A DNA stretch of 64,000 nucleotides from Mobula hypostoma (GCF_963921235.1 NC_086097.1:249118001-249182000); one strand, 5' to 3'. Shown: positions 1 to 13,019, counted from the first letter of the stretch. Made by a program: numbers and translations. The notes: generated by a model from the letters alone, not told the origin.

Positions 1-320
1 CACTAGCCTTCAGGTCACCCTTGGGCAAGGTGTAGCACCTGTTTCGCCCCCCAGTCAGGTCACGTGGAGACTTGGAAGCAGGTGGTGGATGGTCGTATGA
101 GCAGCCGGTGCAGATCACAAGTCCTGGTTATGTGACCACTGACACCAGGCAAGACAATCTCTGAAGAGTACTGATAATGGCTGAGGTCACCTATCCTGTA
201 AAGACACTGCCCAGAAGAAGGCAATGGCAAACCACTTCTGTTGAAAAAATTGCCAAGAACAGTCATGGTCACTGTATCCTGATTACCCACGTCATACAAC
301 ATGGCACGTAGCAAACGAAC
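1..320 (+). mobile_element. SINE-like element with RTE-type 3' end (partial)
   Basis: Contains gaaggcaatggcaaaccac..ttgccaagaa, resembling RTE/BovB-related SINE tails. The same family starts again near 63900-64000. Confidence 0.55.
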
Positions 321-604
321 AATGTCATTAAAGTAAATTGTGAAAGTTGGTCCCAGAAATACTCCTAGTGAAACTCATTCCACTCTAGGATAGAATAGAA
401 CAGAACTTTATTGTCATTTCCCAAGGCAATGAGATTGTGGTGCTACTCCAGTCCATGCAAAGCATATATTTACAATGCATACGATACAGCTTAGTTAAAA
501 ATAAAATTCATACATTTACATTCAACAAATGACTTTGATAGTCCATAACTATCAAAGTCAAGGCCACTTAATTAAAAGAGAGGTGAAAATACCAAGGTAG
601 TGTA

Positions 605-775
605 TCAGAAACACGAGAAAATCTGCAGATGCTGGAAATCCAAAGCAACACACCCAAAATACTGGAGGAACTCAGCAGGCCAGACCTGATTAAGGGTCTT
701 GGCTGGAAGCATAGACTGTTTACTCTTTTTATAGATGCTGCCTGGCCTGCTGAATTCCTCCAGCATTTTGTGTAG
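605..775. mobile_element. Penelope terminal (pLTR) fragments in inverted arrangement
   Basis: ctgcagatgctggaaatcc..ctggaggaactcagcaggcc followed by its reverse complement ggcctgctgaattcctccagcattttg. A similar inverted pair lies at ~29090-29270. Confidence 0.75.
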
Positions 776-1832
776 GTTCCAGTAAGTACAAGCCCAGATG
801 AGACAAAAGTCATTGATGAGAATGGCTTGGACCCAAAATGCAAGGGTAACCATGGCAAAGATTGAGACACGGTTTCAAACTGGATCGAGAATCTGAGCAC
901 AAAACCAACACTAGATGAAATCACAAATAGGCTTACGATTGAGCGCCGAACATCAGTCCAGGTGTTCCTTAAGTGCTCAGTCCTTGCTGCCCAAAATATT
1001 AGCAGGACTGTCCTGAAACTTTAAAGATACTGCACCAGCTATCCGTACTCTGGGGAGTCAAAGCATCTAAACTTCAGAAGCTCATGTAGATGGGTGCATG
1101 TCGTGACACCAGAGCCATCAAATGCTCCTCATATCATCATATACACCTCTGTCAAGTCAAAGATTCAAAGGACCTTTATTACAGACAGAATACAACCCTG
1201 AGATTCGTCTCCCCACAGGCAGCCACGTAACAAAGAAACAGCATGGAATCCATTCAGAAAACACCAAACACACAAAGTACCAAAAAAAGAGCAGAAGATG
1301 CAAATGACAAAAAACAAGCCAATAGCACGCAGAATATTAAACATCAAACTGGAGTCCTTCAAGCAGTCTAGGAATATACAGTTCAGTTCAATTCAAGTTA
1401 GCCCTGTGTCATTCGTTAACTGCAGACCGCACAGCCTGTCTGCGTCGAAGTGCCCCGATTGAAATAACACAAAATAGCAATTTTAAAAGTGCGTAACCGG
1501 AAACCAGAAACACGTCTAACATGAACTGCAGAGTTCTCGAAAATCTAGTCCAATCCACAAAGTGCACCAATCAGTCATTTTTCATCCTTCTATGAAAATA
1601 TGGATAATGCAAATTGGAATTTCACACAATGGCACTTATTGAAAAGCGAAGTCCAGGGAGAATAAATCCTACCCCACCTGCTGTGTATGATTACATGTTC
1701 CACCAGACAATGCAGGACAATGTGGGCACCCAAGATAGCCTGATATTCCCAATGCCATTGGAAGTGCATTGAAAAGTCTTTAAGGCCGAGGAGGAGGTAA
1801 ACTTCAAAGGGACTGAAATCTATAACAGAAGG

Positions 1833-4800
1833 ATAAGACCACAAGACATAGGAGCAGAATTAGGCCATTTGGCCCATCAAGTCTGCTCCACCATTTCTTC
1901 GTGGCTGATCCCATTTTCCTCTCAGCTCCAATCTCCTGCCTTCACTATGTATCATAGAAACATAGAAAACATACACACAATACAGGCCCTTCGGCCCTCA
2001 AAGCTATGCCAAACATGTCCCTACCTTAGAACAACCTAGGCTTTACCCATAGCCCTCTATTTTTCTGAGCTCCGTGTAGCCATCCAGGAGTCTCCTAAAA
2101 GACCCAAACATTCTTACCTCCATCACCGCTGCCAGCACTCACCACTCTTTGTGTAAAAAAAACTTACTCCTGACATCTCCTCTGTACCTGCTTCCAAGCA
2201 CCTCAAAACTATGCCCTCTTGTGCTAGCCATTTCAGCCCTGGGAAAAAGCCTCTGACTATCCACACGATCAATGTCTCTTGTTATCTTGTACACCTCTGT
2301 CAAGTCACCTCTCATTCTCCGTCGCTCCAAGGAGAAAAGGACAAGTTCACTCAACCTATTCTCATAAGGCATGCTCCCCAATCCAGGCAACATCCTCGTA
2401 AATCTCCTCTGCACCCTTTCTATGGTTTCCACGTCCTTCCTGTAGTGAGGCGACCAGAACTGAGCACAGTACTCCAACTGGGGTCTGACCAGGGTCCTAT
2501 ATAGCTGCAACATTACTTCTCGGCTCTTAAACTCAATCCCATGATTGATGAAGGCCAATACACCATTTGTCTTTTTAACCACGCAGTCAACCTGCATAGC
2601 AGCTTTGAGTGTCCTATGGACTCAGACCCCAAGATCCCTCTGATCCACCACACTGCCAAGAGTCTTACCATTAATACTATATTCTGCCATTATACTTGAC
2701 CTACAATAATGAACCACCTCACACTTATCTGGGTTGAACTCCATCTGCCACTTTTCAGCCCAGTTTTGCATCCTATCAATGTCCCATTTTAACATCTGAC
2801 AGCCCTCCACGCTATCCACAACACCCCCAACCTTTGTGTCATCAGCAAATTTACTAACCCATCCCTCCACTTCCTTCATCATTTATAAATATCATGAAGA
2901 GTTAGGGTCCCAGAACAGTTCCCTGAGGCACACCACTGGTCACCGACCTCCATGCAGAATATGGCCCGTCTACAACCTCTCGTTGCCTTCTGTGGGCAAG
3001 CCAGTTCTGGATCCACAAAGCAATGTCCCCTTGGATCCCATGCCTCCTTACTTTCTCAATAAGCCTTGCATGGGGTACTTTATCAAATGCTTTGCTAAAA
3101 TCCATATACACTACATCTACAGCTCTACCTTCATCAATGTGCTTAGTCACATATTCAAAAAATTCAATTAGGCTTGTAAGGCACGACCTGCCTTTGACAA
3201 AGTCATGCTGACTATTCCTAATCATATTATGCCTCTCCAAATGTTCATAAATCCTGCCTCTCAGGATCTTCTCCATCAACTTACCAACCACTGAAGTAAG
3301 ACTTAATGGCCTATAATTTCCTGGGCTATCCCTACTCCTTTTCCTGAATAAGGGAACAACATCCGCAACCCTCCAATCTGCTGGAACCTCTTCCATCCTC
3401 ATTGATGATGTAAAGATCATTGCCAGACACTCAGCAATCTCTTCCCTCACTTCCCTCAGTAGCCTGGGGTACATCTCATCTGGTACTGGTGACTTATCCA
3501 ATTTGATGCTTTCCAAAAGATCCAGCACATCCTCTTTCTTAATATCTACATTCTCAAGCTTTTCAGTCCACTGCAAGTCATCCCTACAATCGCCAAGATC
3601 CTTTTCCATAGTGAATACTGAAGCAAGGTACTCATTAAGTACCTCCGCTATTTCCTCCGGTTCCATACACACTTTTCCACTGTCACACTTGATTGGTCCT
3701 GTTCTCTCACATCTTATCCTCTTGCTCTGCACATACTTGTAGAATGTCTTGGGGTTTTTCTTAATCCTGTCTGCCAAGGCCTTCTCATGGCCCCTTCTGG
3801 CTCTCCTAATTTCATTCTTAAGCTCCTTCCTGCCAGCCTTATAATCTTCTAGATTCATATCTTCACCTAGTTTTTTGAACCTTTCATAAGCTCTTCTTTT
3901 CTTCTTGACTAGATTTACAACAGCCTTTGTACACCACAGATCTTGTACCTCACCATCCTTTCCATGTCTCATTGGAACGTACCTACTCAGAACCCCATGC
4001 AAATATCCCCTGAACATTTGCCACATTTCTTTGGTATGTTTCCCTGAGAACATCTGTTTCCAATTTCTGGTTCCAGGTTCCTGCCAGATTGCCTCATAGT
4101 TCCCTTACTCCAATTAAACATTTCCCGAACTTGTCTGTTCCTACCCCTTTCCAATGCTATGGTAAAGGAGATCGAATTGTGATCATCCCATCATGTCCTG
4201 ACCAATCAAGAATCTATCAACCTCTGCCTTAAGAATACATAAAGACTTGGCCTCCACAGCTGCCTGTGGCAAAGAATACCACAGATTCACCACCCTCTGG
4301 CTAAAGAAATTCCTCCTCAACTCTATTCTAAAAGGATGCACCTCCATTCTGAATCTGTGACCACCTGTCCTAGACTCTCCCCCCATAGGAAACATCCTCT
4401 CCACATTCACTCTATCAAGGTCTTTCACCATTCAATAAGTTTCAATGAGGTCACCCCTCACTCTTTTGACTTCTACTGAATGGCCCAGAGCCATCAAACA
4501 CTCTTCATATGACAAGCCATTCAATCCTGGAATCATTTTCATGAACCTCCTTTGAACCCTCTCCAGTTTCAACACATCCTTTCTAAGATAAGGAGCCCAA
4601 ACCTACTCACAATACTCCAAGCGAGGCCTCGTCAGTGCTTTATAAAGCCTCAATATTACACCCTTGCTTTTATATTCTAGTCCTCTTGAAATGAATGCTA
4701 ACATTGTATTTGCCTTCGTCACCACAGACTTATTCTGCAAATTAACCTTTAGGGAATCCTAAACAAAGACTCCCAAGTCCATTTGCACCTCAGTTTTTAT

Positions 4801-5530
4801 ATTTTCTCTCCATTTAGAAAATAGTCAGCCATTTCATTACTTCTACCAAAGTGTATGACCATACACTTCCCAACACTGTATTCCATCTGCTATTTCCTTG
4901 CCCATTCTCCAAATCTGTCTAAATCCTTCCGTACCTCTCTACTTCCTCAAAACAACCTGCCCTCCACCAATCTTCATATCATCTGCAAACTTTGCAACAA
5001 AGCCATCAATTCCATCATCAAAAATCATTGATATATAACATCAAAAGAATTGATCCCAACACAGACCCCTGTGAAAGATCACTAGTCACTAGCGGCCAAC
5101 CACAAAAGGCTCCCTTTATTCCCACTCTTTGCCTGCTGCCGATCAGCCTCTGCTTTCTCCATGCCAGAATTTCTCCTGTAATACCATGGGATTGTAGCTT
5201 GCTAAGCTCCTCACGTGTGGCACCTTGTTAAAGGCCTTCGGAAAATGCAAGTACACAACATCAACCTATTCTACTTTGTCTATCATGCTTGTTACTTCTT
5301 CAAAGAAAGATTTTCCCTGACTGTGACATATTTTATCATGTGCCTCCAAGTACCCTGAGACCTCATCCTTAACAATCGACTCCAGCATCTTCTCGACCAC
5401 TGAGGTCAGACTAACTGGCCTATAGTTTCCTTTCTTTTGCTTCTCTCCCTTCTTGAAGAGTGGGGTGACATTTGCATTTTTCCAATTTTCTGGAACCATT
5501 CCAGAATCTAGTGATTCTTAAAGGATCATT
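1833..5530 (-). mobile_element. Decayed CR1 LINE (1833-1952 + 4183-5530) interrupted by another CR1
   Basis: RT fragments (NVTPLFKKG..GNYRPVSLTSV; RRNFFSQRVVNLW) and a short-repeat tail. The sequence resumes after the insert. Confidence 0.88.
1953..4182 (-). mobile_element. CR1 LINE, 5'-truncated ORF2 with frameshifts
   Basis: ORFs 2902-4053, 2622-2882 and 2139-2597 carry YMDFSKAFDKVPH, SGVPQGTVLGP, KFADDTK and RPQLEYCAQFWSP; tail ctatgtttctatg. Confidence 0.95.
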
Positions 5531-5721
5531 TTCCTGCCCGGATAAAGGGTCTCAGGACAAAATGTCGACTGTTCTTTCCTCTCCATAAATGCTGTCTGAC
5601 TTGCTGAGTTCCTCCAGCATTTTGTGTGAGTTACTCTGGATTTCCTGTATCTGATTGATGAGGGGCTCAGTTTCTAAATTGGAGTCTGTGTTATTAAGTC
5701 TCACTCTAGAGACTTGGAACG

Positions 5722-5990
5722 CTAGAATGGGAGGGTGTCCCTTTAGAACAGAGATGAGGAGGGATTTCTTTAGCCAGAAGGTGGAGAATCTGCAGAATTC
5801 ATTGCCACGGACGGCTGTGGAAGCCAAGACATTGGGTATATTTAAAGCAGAATTTGGTAAGTTCTTAATTAGACAGGGTGTCAAAGGTTATGGGGAGAAG
5901 GCAGGAGAATGGGATTTGAGAGGGATAATAAATCAGCCTCGATGGAATGCGCCAAATAGCCTAATTCTGCTCCTACGTCTTATGGTCTAA
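5722..5990 (+). mobile_element. CR1 3' end
   Basis: FRTEMRRDFFSQKVENL..NSLP followed by CR1 3' UTR and tail. Confidence 0.85.
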
Positions 5991-6147
5991 CACTAGACTA
6001 CAGGTGTGCTGTACAAATAAACAAACACCCAGAGAACTGCAGAGACCTTCTCTCCCCTGCTTCAAAGTGGTTTCATGGGCTGGAATTAAAGTAACTTTCT
6101 TTCCTGTTTGGTTGTCTTGCTATTGTCGCTGATTTAACCCGTGATTC

Positions 6148-6740
6148 AGAAGTTCAAAGTTCAAAGTAAATTTATCACAAATGTATGTATATGTTACCCT
6201 CTACTACTTTGAGATCCATTTCCTTGCAGGCACTTACAGGGAAAAACAAGACATCTAATAGAAACTTACAAAAAAACTATACACGAACAAAGAATGACAA
6301 ACAACCAATGTGCAAACGTGACAAACTGTGCAAATACAAAACAGTACAGGGAACATGAATGTAAAGAGTCCTTTGGAAGTAAGGCTGTAGGTCGTAGAAT
6401 CCGTTCAGAGTAACGGTGCAGTGGTTCCTGTACTTCCTGCCCGATGATAGAAGTGAGGATACGAAAGGGAAACCATGTTAATGTGGTAGTTCCTCAGTCA
6501 GCATTCGTGAGTCAGCCATGATTCCTGAGGGGGGCTTGAAACCTTAGCACCTTGACTCCAGAAAAGTTATCCATGCCATTTCAGGAACCTAATGGTTGAG
6601 GGGTAATAACTGTTCCTGAACCTGGTGGTGTGGAACCTGAGGCCCCTGTACCTCCTTCTCGATGGCCTAGATGGTGAGGTGGGGACTGGGGGAGAGGTCT
6701 TTGATGATGGATGCTGCTTTCCTGCTTGTTGAATAGTGTC
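6148..6740 (-). mobile_element. Rex1/Babar-like LINE 3' fragments
   Basis: PSRRRYRGLRFHTTRFRNSYYPSTIRFL C-terminus and (GAACTTT)n tail. Related pieces at ~9543-9890, 38790-39240, 39770-40080, 48740-48960 and 53050-53460. Confidence 0.7.
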
Positions 6741-7555
6741 ATAGAGACATAGCGAAGTACAGCACAGGAACACAATAGGATGTTCCTCAGCCTGCATTAG
6801 GAAATCAGCTGCGATTCCAGAGGGGAACTGGAACACTCAGAATTTTGACTCAGACAAATACTCAAACCCAGTAAAGGAGACTTGGGCCGACAGAAAACAT
6901 ATTGCTTAATATCCGCATATTCTTATTAATGTTTACAGAACAAAGCCAAAGATATTACTTAGCCTGCTTAAATCATATCACTCCAGCTCAAATTACCAAT
7001 TACGAAAAGCTGTACCGAGCCCCAGTCAATACAGAGACGGAAATGAAACACTCTGGGGCTGAGCTCAGTACTTGCGTTCATCTTTGAGAATTATTCAACT
7101 GCTCGGTTTGCATAAACAAGAGATTATGTTTCAGACAGAAAGATGACTATTTAATTAAATAAAATATGTGTTTCCATTTTACTTGCCTGATGAGCAACGG
7201 CAACAAAATACTGTGAGATAAGTGGAAGTCCTTCATAACACAGGTTTTTTTTGTAAACGGATATTGTAACGAGGAGGGGAAATCTGCATGTCCAACATGG
7301 AGCTGCAGTGGAATGGTACTGATTATAAGAACAGAAGACACAGAAACAGTAATAGGCCATTCAGCCCATCAAGGCTGTTCTGCCATTCGAACAGCTGATT
7401 TATTATCCCTCTCAACCCAGTTCTCCTGCCTTCTCTCCGTAACCTTTAATGCCTTTCATTAGTCAGGGACCTATCAACCTTTGCTTTAAATGTACCCAGT
7501 GACTTGACCTCCACAGCCATCTGAGGCAATAAATTCCACAGATTCACTACCACAC

Positions 7556-7790
7556 GTTGGGCGCGTGGCCAAGTGGTTAAGGCGTTCGTCTAGTGATCTG
7601 AAGGTCGCTAGTTCGAGCCTCAGCTGTGGCAGCGTGTTTGTGTTCTTGAGCAAGGCACTTAATGACATATTGCTCTAGTCTGTACGAGGAGTGGCGCCCC
7701 ACACAGACTTCCAATCTGCGCCTTGTAAGGCATGAAAATGCCCGATGCAGGCCTCTCATGATCTGAGTCAACGTTCCCTCCCCCACCACC
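7556..7790 (+). mobile_element. tRNA-derived SINE inserted in a CR1 tail
   Basis: A box TGGCCAAGTGG, B box GTTCGAGCC, then ttgagcaaggcactta core. A minus-strand relative lies at ~54420-54578. Confidence 0.8.
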
Positions 7791-8330
7791 TCTAAACGTA
7801 GAACATAGAACAGTATGGTGCAGGAACAGGTCCTTTGGCCCACAAAGTTGTGCCGAACTAACTAATCAAATGGCCAACTCAACGCTGTGTAAAAACCTTG
7901 CCCCTCACATCTCCTGTGAAATTACCTCCTCTCAGCAAAAATGCATGCCCTCTAGTATTAAACATTTCAACCCTGGAAATAATATACCGTCTGTCCTTGC
8001 CTCTCATAATCATATAACCTCTATCAGATTTCAATCAAACCTGGCTAAAGAAATTCCTCCTCAGCTCTATGGTAAAAGGGCATCCTTCTGTTGTGAGGCT
8101 GTGTCCTCTGGACTCCCCCACTGCTGGGAACATTCTCTGCCCGTCCACTCTGTCTAGGTCTTTCAATATTCGACAGGTGGAGCACACAGTCCCTGCTCTG
8201 TATCCACACTCCTTCAGACTTAGACTTTAATTAGACTTAAATACACAGGCAAACAGGCATCATGGGAGGAAATACTGCAGCGCCGTTAGTGCAGAAAATT
8301 AAAGACACCTTTCCGGAATAAGTATTTTAG

Positions 8331-8930
8331 GTTAGATTATGAAGACACACAGTCCTCTTTTATTGTTATTTAGTAATGCATGCATTAAGAAATGATACAA
8401 TATTTCCTCCAGTGTGATATCACAAAACACAGGACAGACCAAGACTGAAAAAACTGACAAAACCACATAATTATAACATATAGTTACAACAGTGCAACAA
8501 TACCATAACTTGATGAAGAAGTCCATGAGCACAGTACAAGTTCAAAGTCTCTCAAATGTCCCACATCTCACGCAGACGGGAGAAGGAAGAAACCTCTCCC
8601 TGCCATGCCCGACCACAGTCCGACTCTGAGTCATCTGAAAACTTCGAGCCTCCGATCAGCTCCCCGACACCGAGTACTGAGCGCCATCTCTGTCCGAACG
8701 ATTCGACCTCAATCTCGGTCGCCAACAGCAGGCAAAGCCGGGGATTTTGAGGCCTACCCTCCGGAAGACTCCCGACCACGCAGTAACGACAGCAGCGGAT
8801 GGGCGTTTCAGAAAAATCCTCCATCAAATCAGAATTGTCCACAGCCCCTATTTAACGGATACGATGTCATTTTTCACTGGAGGGCTGCACACGCGCAGTG
8901 CGCTGCTCTCTCTCCTCTCGATATCTGTCA
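8331..8930 (-). mobile_element. Unclassified non-autonomous retroposon with (AATCT)n tail
   Basis: About 190 bp at 8331-8520 is shared with ~61550-61740; no coding similarity recognised. Confidence 0.55.
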
Positions 8931-8951
8931 CACAGTAGCCTATTCCTAGAG

Positions 8952-9270
8952 GGACAGCACTGTGGTGTAGTGGTTAGCACAATCGCTTTACAGCGCCAGC
9001 AATTGCTGACTGGGGTTCAATTCCTGGCACTGTCTGTAAGGAGTATGTACTTTCTTCCCATAACTGTGTGGGTTTCCTCCAAGTGCTCCAGTTTCCTCCT
9101 ATATTCCAATAACACATGGGTGAGTAAATTGTGGGCATGTTATGCTGGTGCGGAAGTGTGGCAACATTTGTAGATGCCCCCAACTCAGCCCTCGCTGATC
9201 TGATTGGACACGATCGACACATTTCATTGTATGTTTCCATGTTTTTGTGTACATGTGACCAATAAAGATA
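8952..9270 (+). mobile_element. V-SINE (HE1-like)
   Basis: tRNA head (tgtagtggttagc..ggttcaattcc) plus V-domain gtgggtttcctcc..gtgctccagtttcctcc. Confidence 0.8.
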
Positions 9271-10023
9271 ATCTCTTCTTTATCTTTCCTGTCATAAATA
9301 TATCACCAAAAGTGTTACAATGACACACAAGATATGGAGAAGGGTTCCTTAGGGTAGCATTATTTTTGCTGTTCAGGTGCAGCCTGTAAGTGAAGAATTT
9401 GAGTAAGCACAGAGGATCGGGAATTAAATTGTGCTTGTAGTCACCTATCTGAGGTGAGTTAAAGCTTCTGGACAGAAGAGGAAGTCTGGGAGAACCTGTC
9501 ACTTTGCTATTTTATGGAGGAGTCATTTCTTCCAGTGTGGATCAAAGTTCAAAGTAAATTTATTATCAAAGTCCATACATACCACCTGGAGGTTCATTTT
9601 CTTGTGGGCATTCACAGTAGAACAAAGAAATACAATGGAATCAATGAAAAACTACACAAAAGCTGACAGACAACCAGTGTGCAAAAAAAGACAACTGCAA
9701 ATACAAAAAAAAGTACTGAAAACAGGAGTCCTTGAAAGTGGGTCTGTTGGTTCTGGAATCAGTTCAGAGTTGGGGTGAGTGAAGTTCAGGAGTCTGATGG
9801 TTGAGGGGTAATAACTGCTCCTGAACCTGGTGATATGGGACCCATGGCTCCTGTACCTTCTTCCCGACAACAGCATTGAGAAGAGATCAGGAACAGACAG
9901 GTGTTTTTTTATTAAAATGATTCACTAAAATATTGTTAAATAGGAGCAAGTGGATCTCAAGCTTCCACCTCCTAGAAAACAGAAAACTAATTTGGGTTAA
10001 TAAATCCCACTTATCTTTGACAG

Positions 10024-10136
10024 GGAGAAGTGCTTTTTGATAGTTGGGAATCCATCTTTAAACACCATGCTACTTTCAACACCAACGTCCCTATCTTCTC
10101 CTTCGATGGAAGAAACATCATGAAGGATTCTTCCTG
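10024..10136 (+). CDS. COL15A1: Collagen XV alpha-1, penultimate coding exon (endostatin/restin domain)
   Basis: Bounded by ttatctttgacAG and TG|GTAAGA. Translates GEVLFDSWESIFKHHATFNTNVPIFSFDGRNIMKDSS(W), matching recalled human GQVLFNNWDSIFSGHGGQFNMHIPIYSFDGRDIMTDPSW. The phase-2 end joins the next exon to make TGG. Confidence 0.92.
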
Positions 10137-10536
10137 GTAAGATCTCCCGTGAAAAATCAAGTCAAATGCAAGGAATACCATTTTTCTTATGTAAAAGTCT
10201 TATTTAATTATTTAACATAATTAAGAGCAAGGAGATATAACTTTAAGGTGATTGAAGCAAAGTATGGGGTGGATGAGAGGTAAGTTCTCTACAAGGAGAG
10301 TGGTGAGTGCAGATGGTGGTGGTGGAGGCAGATGCATCGTGGACAGTTAAGAATTATGTATGATAGGCATATGGATGACAGAAAATTGAAGGTTGAGGGG
10401 AAAGGGTTAAATTGACCTTCTAGTAGGTTAAAAGGTCGACACAACATTGTGGCTGATGGGCCCAAACTGTGCTATGTTCAAACATTGTTGACCTCAGGGG
10501 GTATTAAGTCTCACACGCAGATTCACAGAGCCATTC

Positions 10537-11890
10537 ATAGAAACATAGAAAATAGGTGCAGGAGTAGGCCATTCAGCCCTTCGAGCCTGCACCGCCATTC
10601 AGTATGATCATGGCTGATCATCCAACTCAGAACCCTGTACCAGCCTTCTCTCCATACCCCCGATCCCTTTAGCCACAAGGGCCATATCTAACTGCCTCTT
10701 AAATATAGCCAATGAACTGGCCTCAACAGTTTCCTGTGGCAGAGAATTCCACAGATTCACCACTCTCTGTGTGAAGAAGTTTTTCCTAATCTCAGTCCTA
10801 AAAGGCTTCCCCTTTATCCTCAAACTGTGACCCCTCGTTCTGGACTTCCCCAACATCGGGAACAATCTTCCTGCATCTAGCCTGTCCAATCCCTTTAGGA
10901 TTTTATACATTTCAATCAGATCCCCCCTCAATCTTCTAAATTCCAATGAGTATAAGCCTGGTTCATCCAGTCTTTGATCATATGAAAGTCCTGCCATCCC
11001 AGGAATCAATCTGGTGAACCTTCTTTGTACTCCCTCTATGGCAAGGATGTCTTTCCTCAGATTAGCAGACCAAAACTGCACACACTACTCCAGGAGTGGT
11101 CTCACCAAGGCCTTGTACAACTGCAGTAGTACCTCCCTGCTCCTGTACTCGAATCCTCTTGCTATAAATGCCAGCATACCATTCGCCTTTTTCACCGCCT
11201 GCTGTACCTGCATGCCCACTTTCAATGACTGGTGTATAATGACACCCAGGTCTCATTGCACCTCCCCTTTTCCCAATCGGCCACCATTCAGATAATAATC
11301 TGTTTTCCTATTTTTGCCACCAAAGTGGATAACTTCACATTTATCCACATTAAATTGCATCTGCCATGAATTTGCCCACTCACCTAACCTATCCAAGTCA
11401 CCCTGCATCCTCTTAGCATCCTCCTCACAGCTAACACTGCCGCCCAGCTTCGTGTCATCCTGCATTTAATCCATGCTGCATTTAATTCCCTCATCCAAGT
11501 CATTAATATATATTGTAAACAACTGGGGTCCCAGCACTGAGCCTTGCGGTACCCCACTAGTCACTGCCTGCCATTTTGAAAAGGTCCTGTTTATTCCCAC
11601 TCTTTGCTTCCTGTCTGCCAACCAATTCTCTATCCACATCAATACCTTACCCCCAATACCATGTGCTTTAAGTTTGTACACTAATCTCCTGTGTGGGACC
11701 TTGTCAAAAGCCTTTTGAAAATCCAAATATACCACATCCACTGGTTCTCCCCTATCCACTCTACTAGTTACATCCTCAAAAAATTCTATGAGATTCGTCA
11801 GACATGATTTTCCTTTCATAAATCCATGCTGAATTTGTCCGATGATTTCACCGCCTTCCAAATGTGCTGTTATCACATCTTTGATAACTG
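10537..11890 (-). mobile_element. Young CR1 LINE 3' 1.35 kb in the last COL15A1 intron
   Basis: RT ORF pieces 11466-11876, 11253-11465 and 10608-11081; nearly identical to 18030-19385. Confidence 0.95.
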
Positions 11891-12050
11891 ATTCAATATG
11901 GATACAGGCCCTTCATCCAAGTATGGGCTTTATGGTCCAGGTGCCTAGCTAAAACATCAGTTCAGCACAGTCTGGATGGGCTGAAGGGCCTGATTTTATG
12001 CTCTACGACCCTAGGATCAGAAACAGGTTTATGACCTCCGACAGATGTTG

Positions 12051-12325
12051 TGGCACAGTATGTAGTGGTTAACACAACGTGTTACAGTACAAGTGACCAG
12101 GGTTCAATTCCCGCAGCCGCCTTTAAGGAGCTTGTACGTTCTTCCCATGACCGCGTGGGTTTCCTCCGGGTGCTCCAGTTTCCTCCTGCAGTGCAAAGAT
12201 GTGCCTGATGGTAGGTTAATTGTGCATTATAAATTGTCCCGTGATTAGGCAGGATTAAATTGGGGGATTGCTAGGTAGTGTGGCAAGGGCCAATTCCACA
12301 CTGTATCTCAATAAATACATAAATA
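12051..12325 (+). mobile_element. V-SINE (HE1-like)
   Basis: A/B boxes, V-domain gcgtgggtttcctccgggtgctccagtttcctcc, (TAAA)n tail. Partial copies at ~25645-25790 and ~46950-47125. Confidence 0.82.
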
Positions 12326-12543
12326 AATTTATTGTTTTGTGGCAGCAGTACAATGCAATAAATGAGAATTAGTTAAATTACAATAAATAAATATGGTGCC
12401 AATTTAAATATAAGTAGTGTTAAGGGAGAGTAAACCAGTGAAGTGGTGTTCATAGACTGTTCTGAAACGTGACAGTGGGGTGTTAGCATATCATTTTCAT
12501 CTGGTGCCTTACACTCTGTTGTGGTTTCCCTCTCGTTTCGAAG

Positions 12544-12763
12544 GCCCCACAAAATAATCTGGCACGGATCCAGTGAAAGAGGCAGCCGCGTCCCTACCAA
12601 TTACTGCGGGGCATGGCGCTCGATGGACATGAGCCTCACCGGCAACGCCTCGCCGCTCTTTCGCGGGAGGCTCCTCGCCCAGCACTCGTACAACTGCGCA
12701 AACAGCTTCATCGTTCTTTGCATCGAGAACAGCTACTTCCATGATCACAGAAGGAGAAAGTGA
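12544..12763 (+). CDS. COL15A1: Collagen XV alpha-1, last coding exon
   Basis: Pyrimidine tract plus AG at 12542-12543. Translates (W)PHKIIWHGSSERGSRVPTNYCGAWRSMDMSLTGNASPLFRGRLLAQHSYNCANSFIVLCIENSYFHDHRRRK*. WHGS, YC.AW and IVLCIENS are endostatin-fold motifs. KIIWHGSS, NYC, CAN, the basic tail and TGFBR1 linkage favour COL15A1 over COL18A1. Confidence 0.92.
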
Positions 12764-12897
12764 TGGCCTGCACCTGCACGGGAAAGCTCGGGAATTACAG
12801 CAGGCTCATCGCCAAAAGTGGCACATTTTTACTTCTAACAAAATATATCCAAGTGGGACAATGTAAATAGTGCTTTCTGATGAGATCGGCCATTGGC

Positions 12898-12903
12898 AAT
12901 AAA
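12898..12903 (+). terminator. Candidate proximal poly(A) signal of COL15A1
   Basis: AATAAA 135 nt after the stop codon. Confidence 0.35.
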
Positions 12904-13011
12904 TGGTAGCCAAAGATGACATACCTCAAAAATCTGCATGAGTTGTCTTTTTAGTAGCAAAACCAACCCTATTGGATCTAAGGAACTGATCTCACACAGC
13001 TTCTCAATCGT

Positions 13012-13019
13012 TGGTGCTA
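13012..13019 (+). promoter_or_regulatory. miR-29 8mer seed site in collagen 3' UTR
   Basis: TGGTGCTA ~250 nt after the stop codon; collagens are established miR-29 targets. Confidence 0.65.

Noticed and set aside
6902..7087. ORF containing NYEK, like the human COL15A1 hinge NYEKP
   Set aside because: No following LHL.ALN motif or other similarity. The preceding endostatin exon was not found and probably lies upstream of the window.
7556..7630. tRNA gene
   Set aside because: The A and B boxes run into a SINE body with no proper acceptor stem; the same applies to heads at 8952, 12051, 48181 and 62376.
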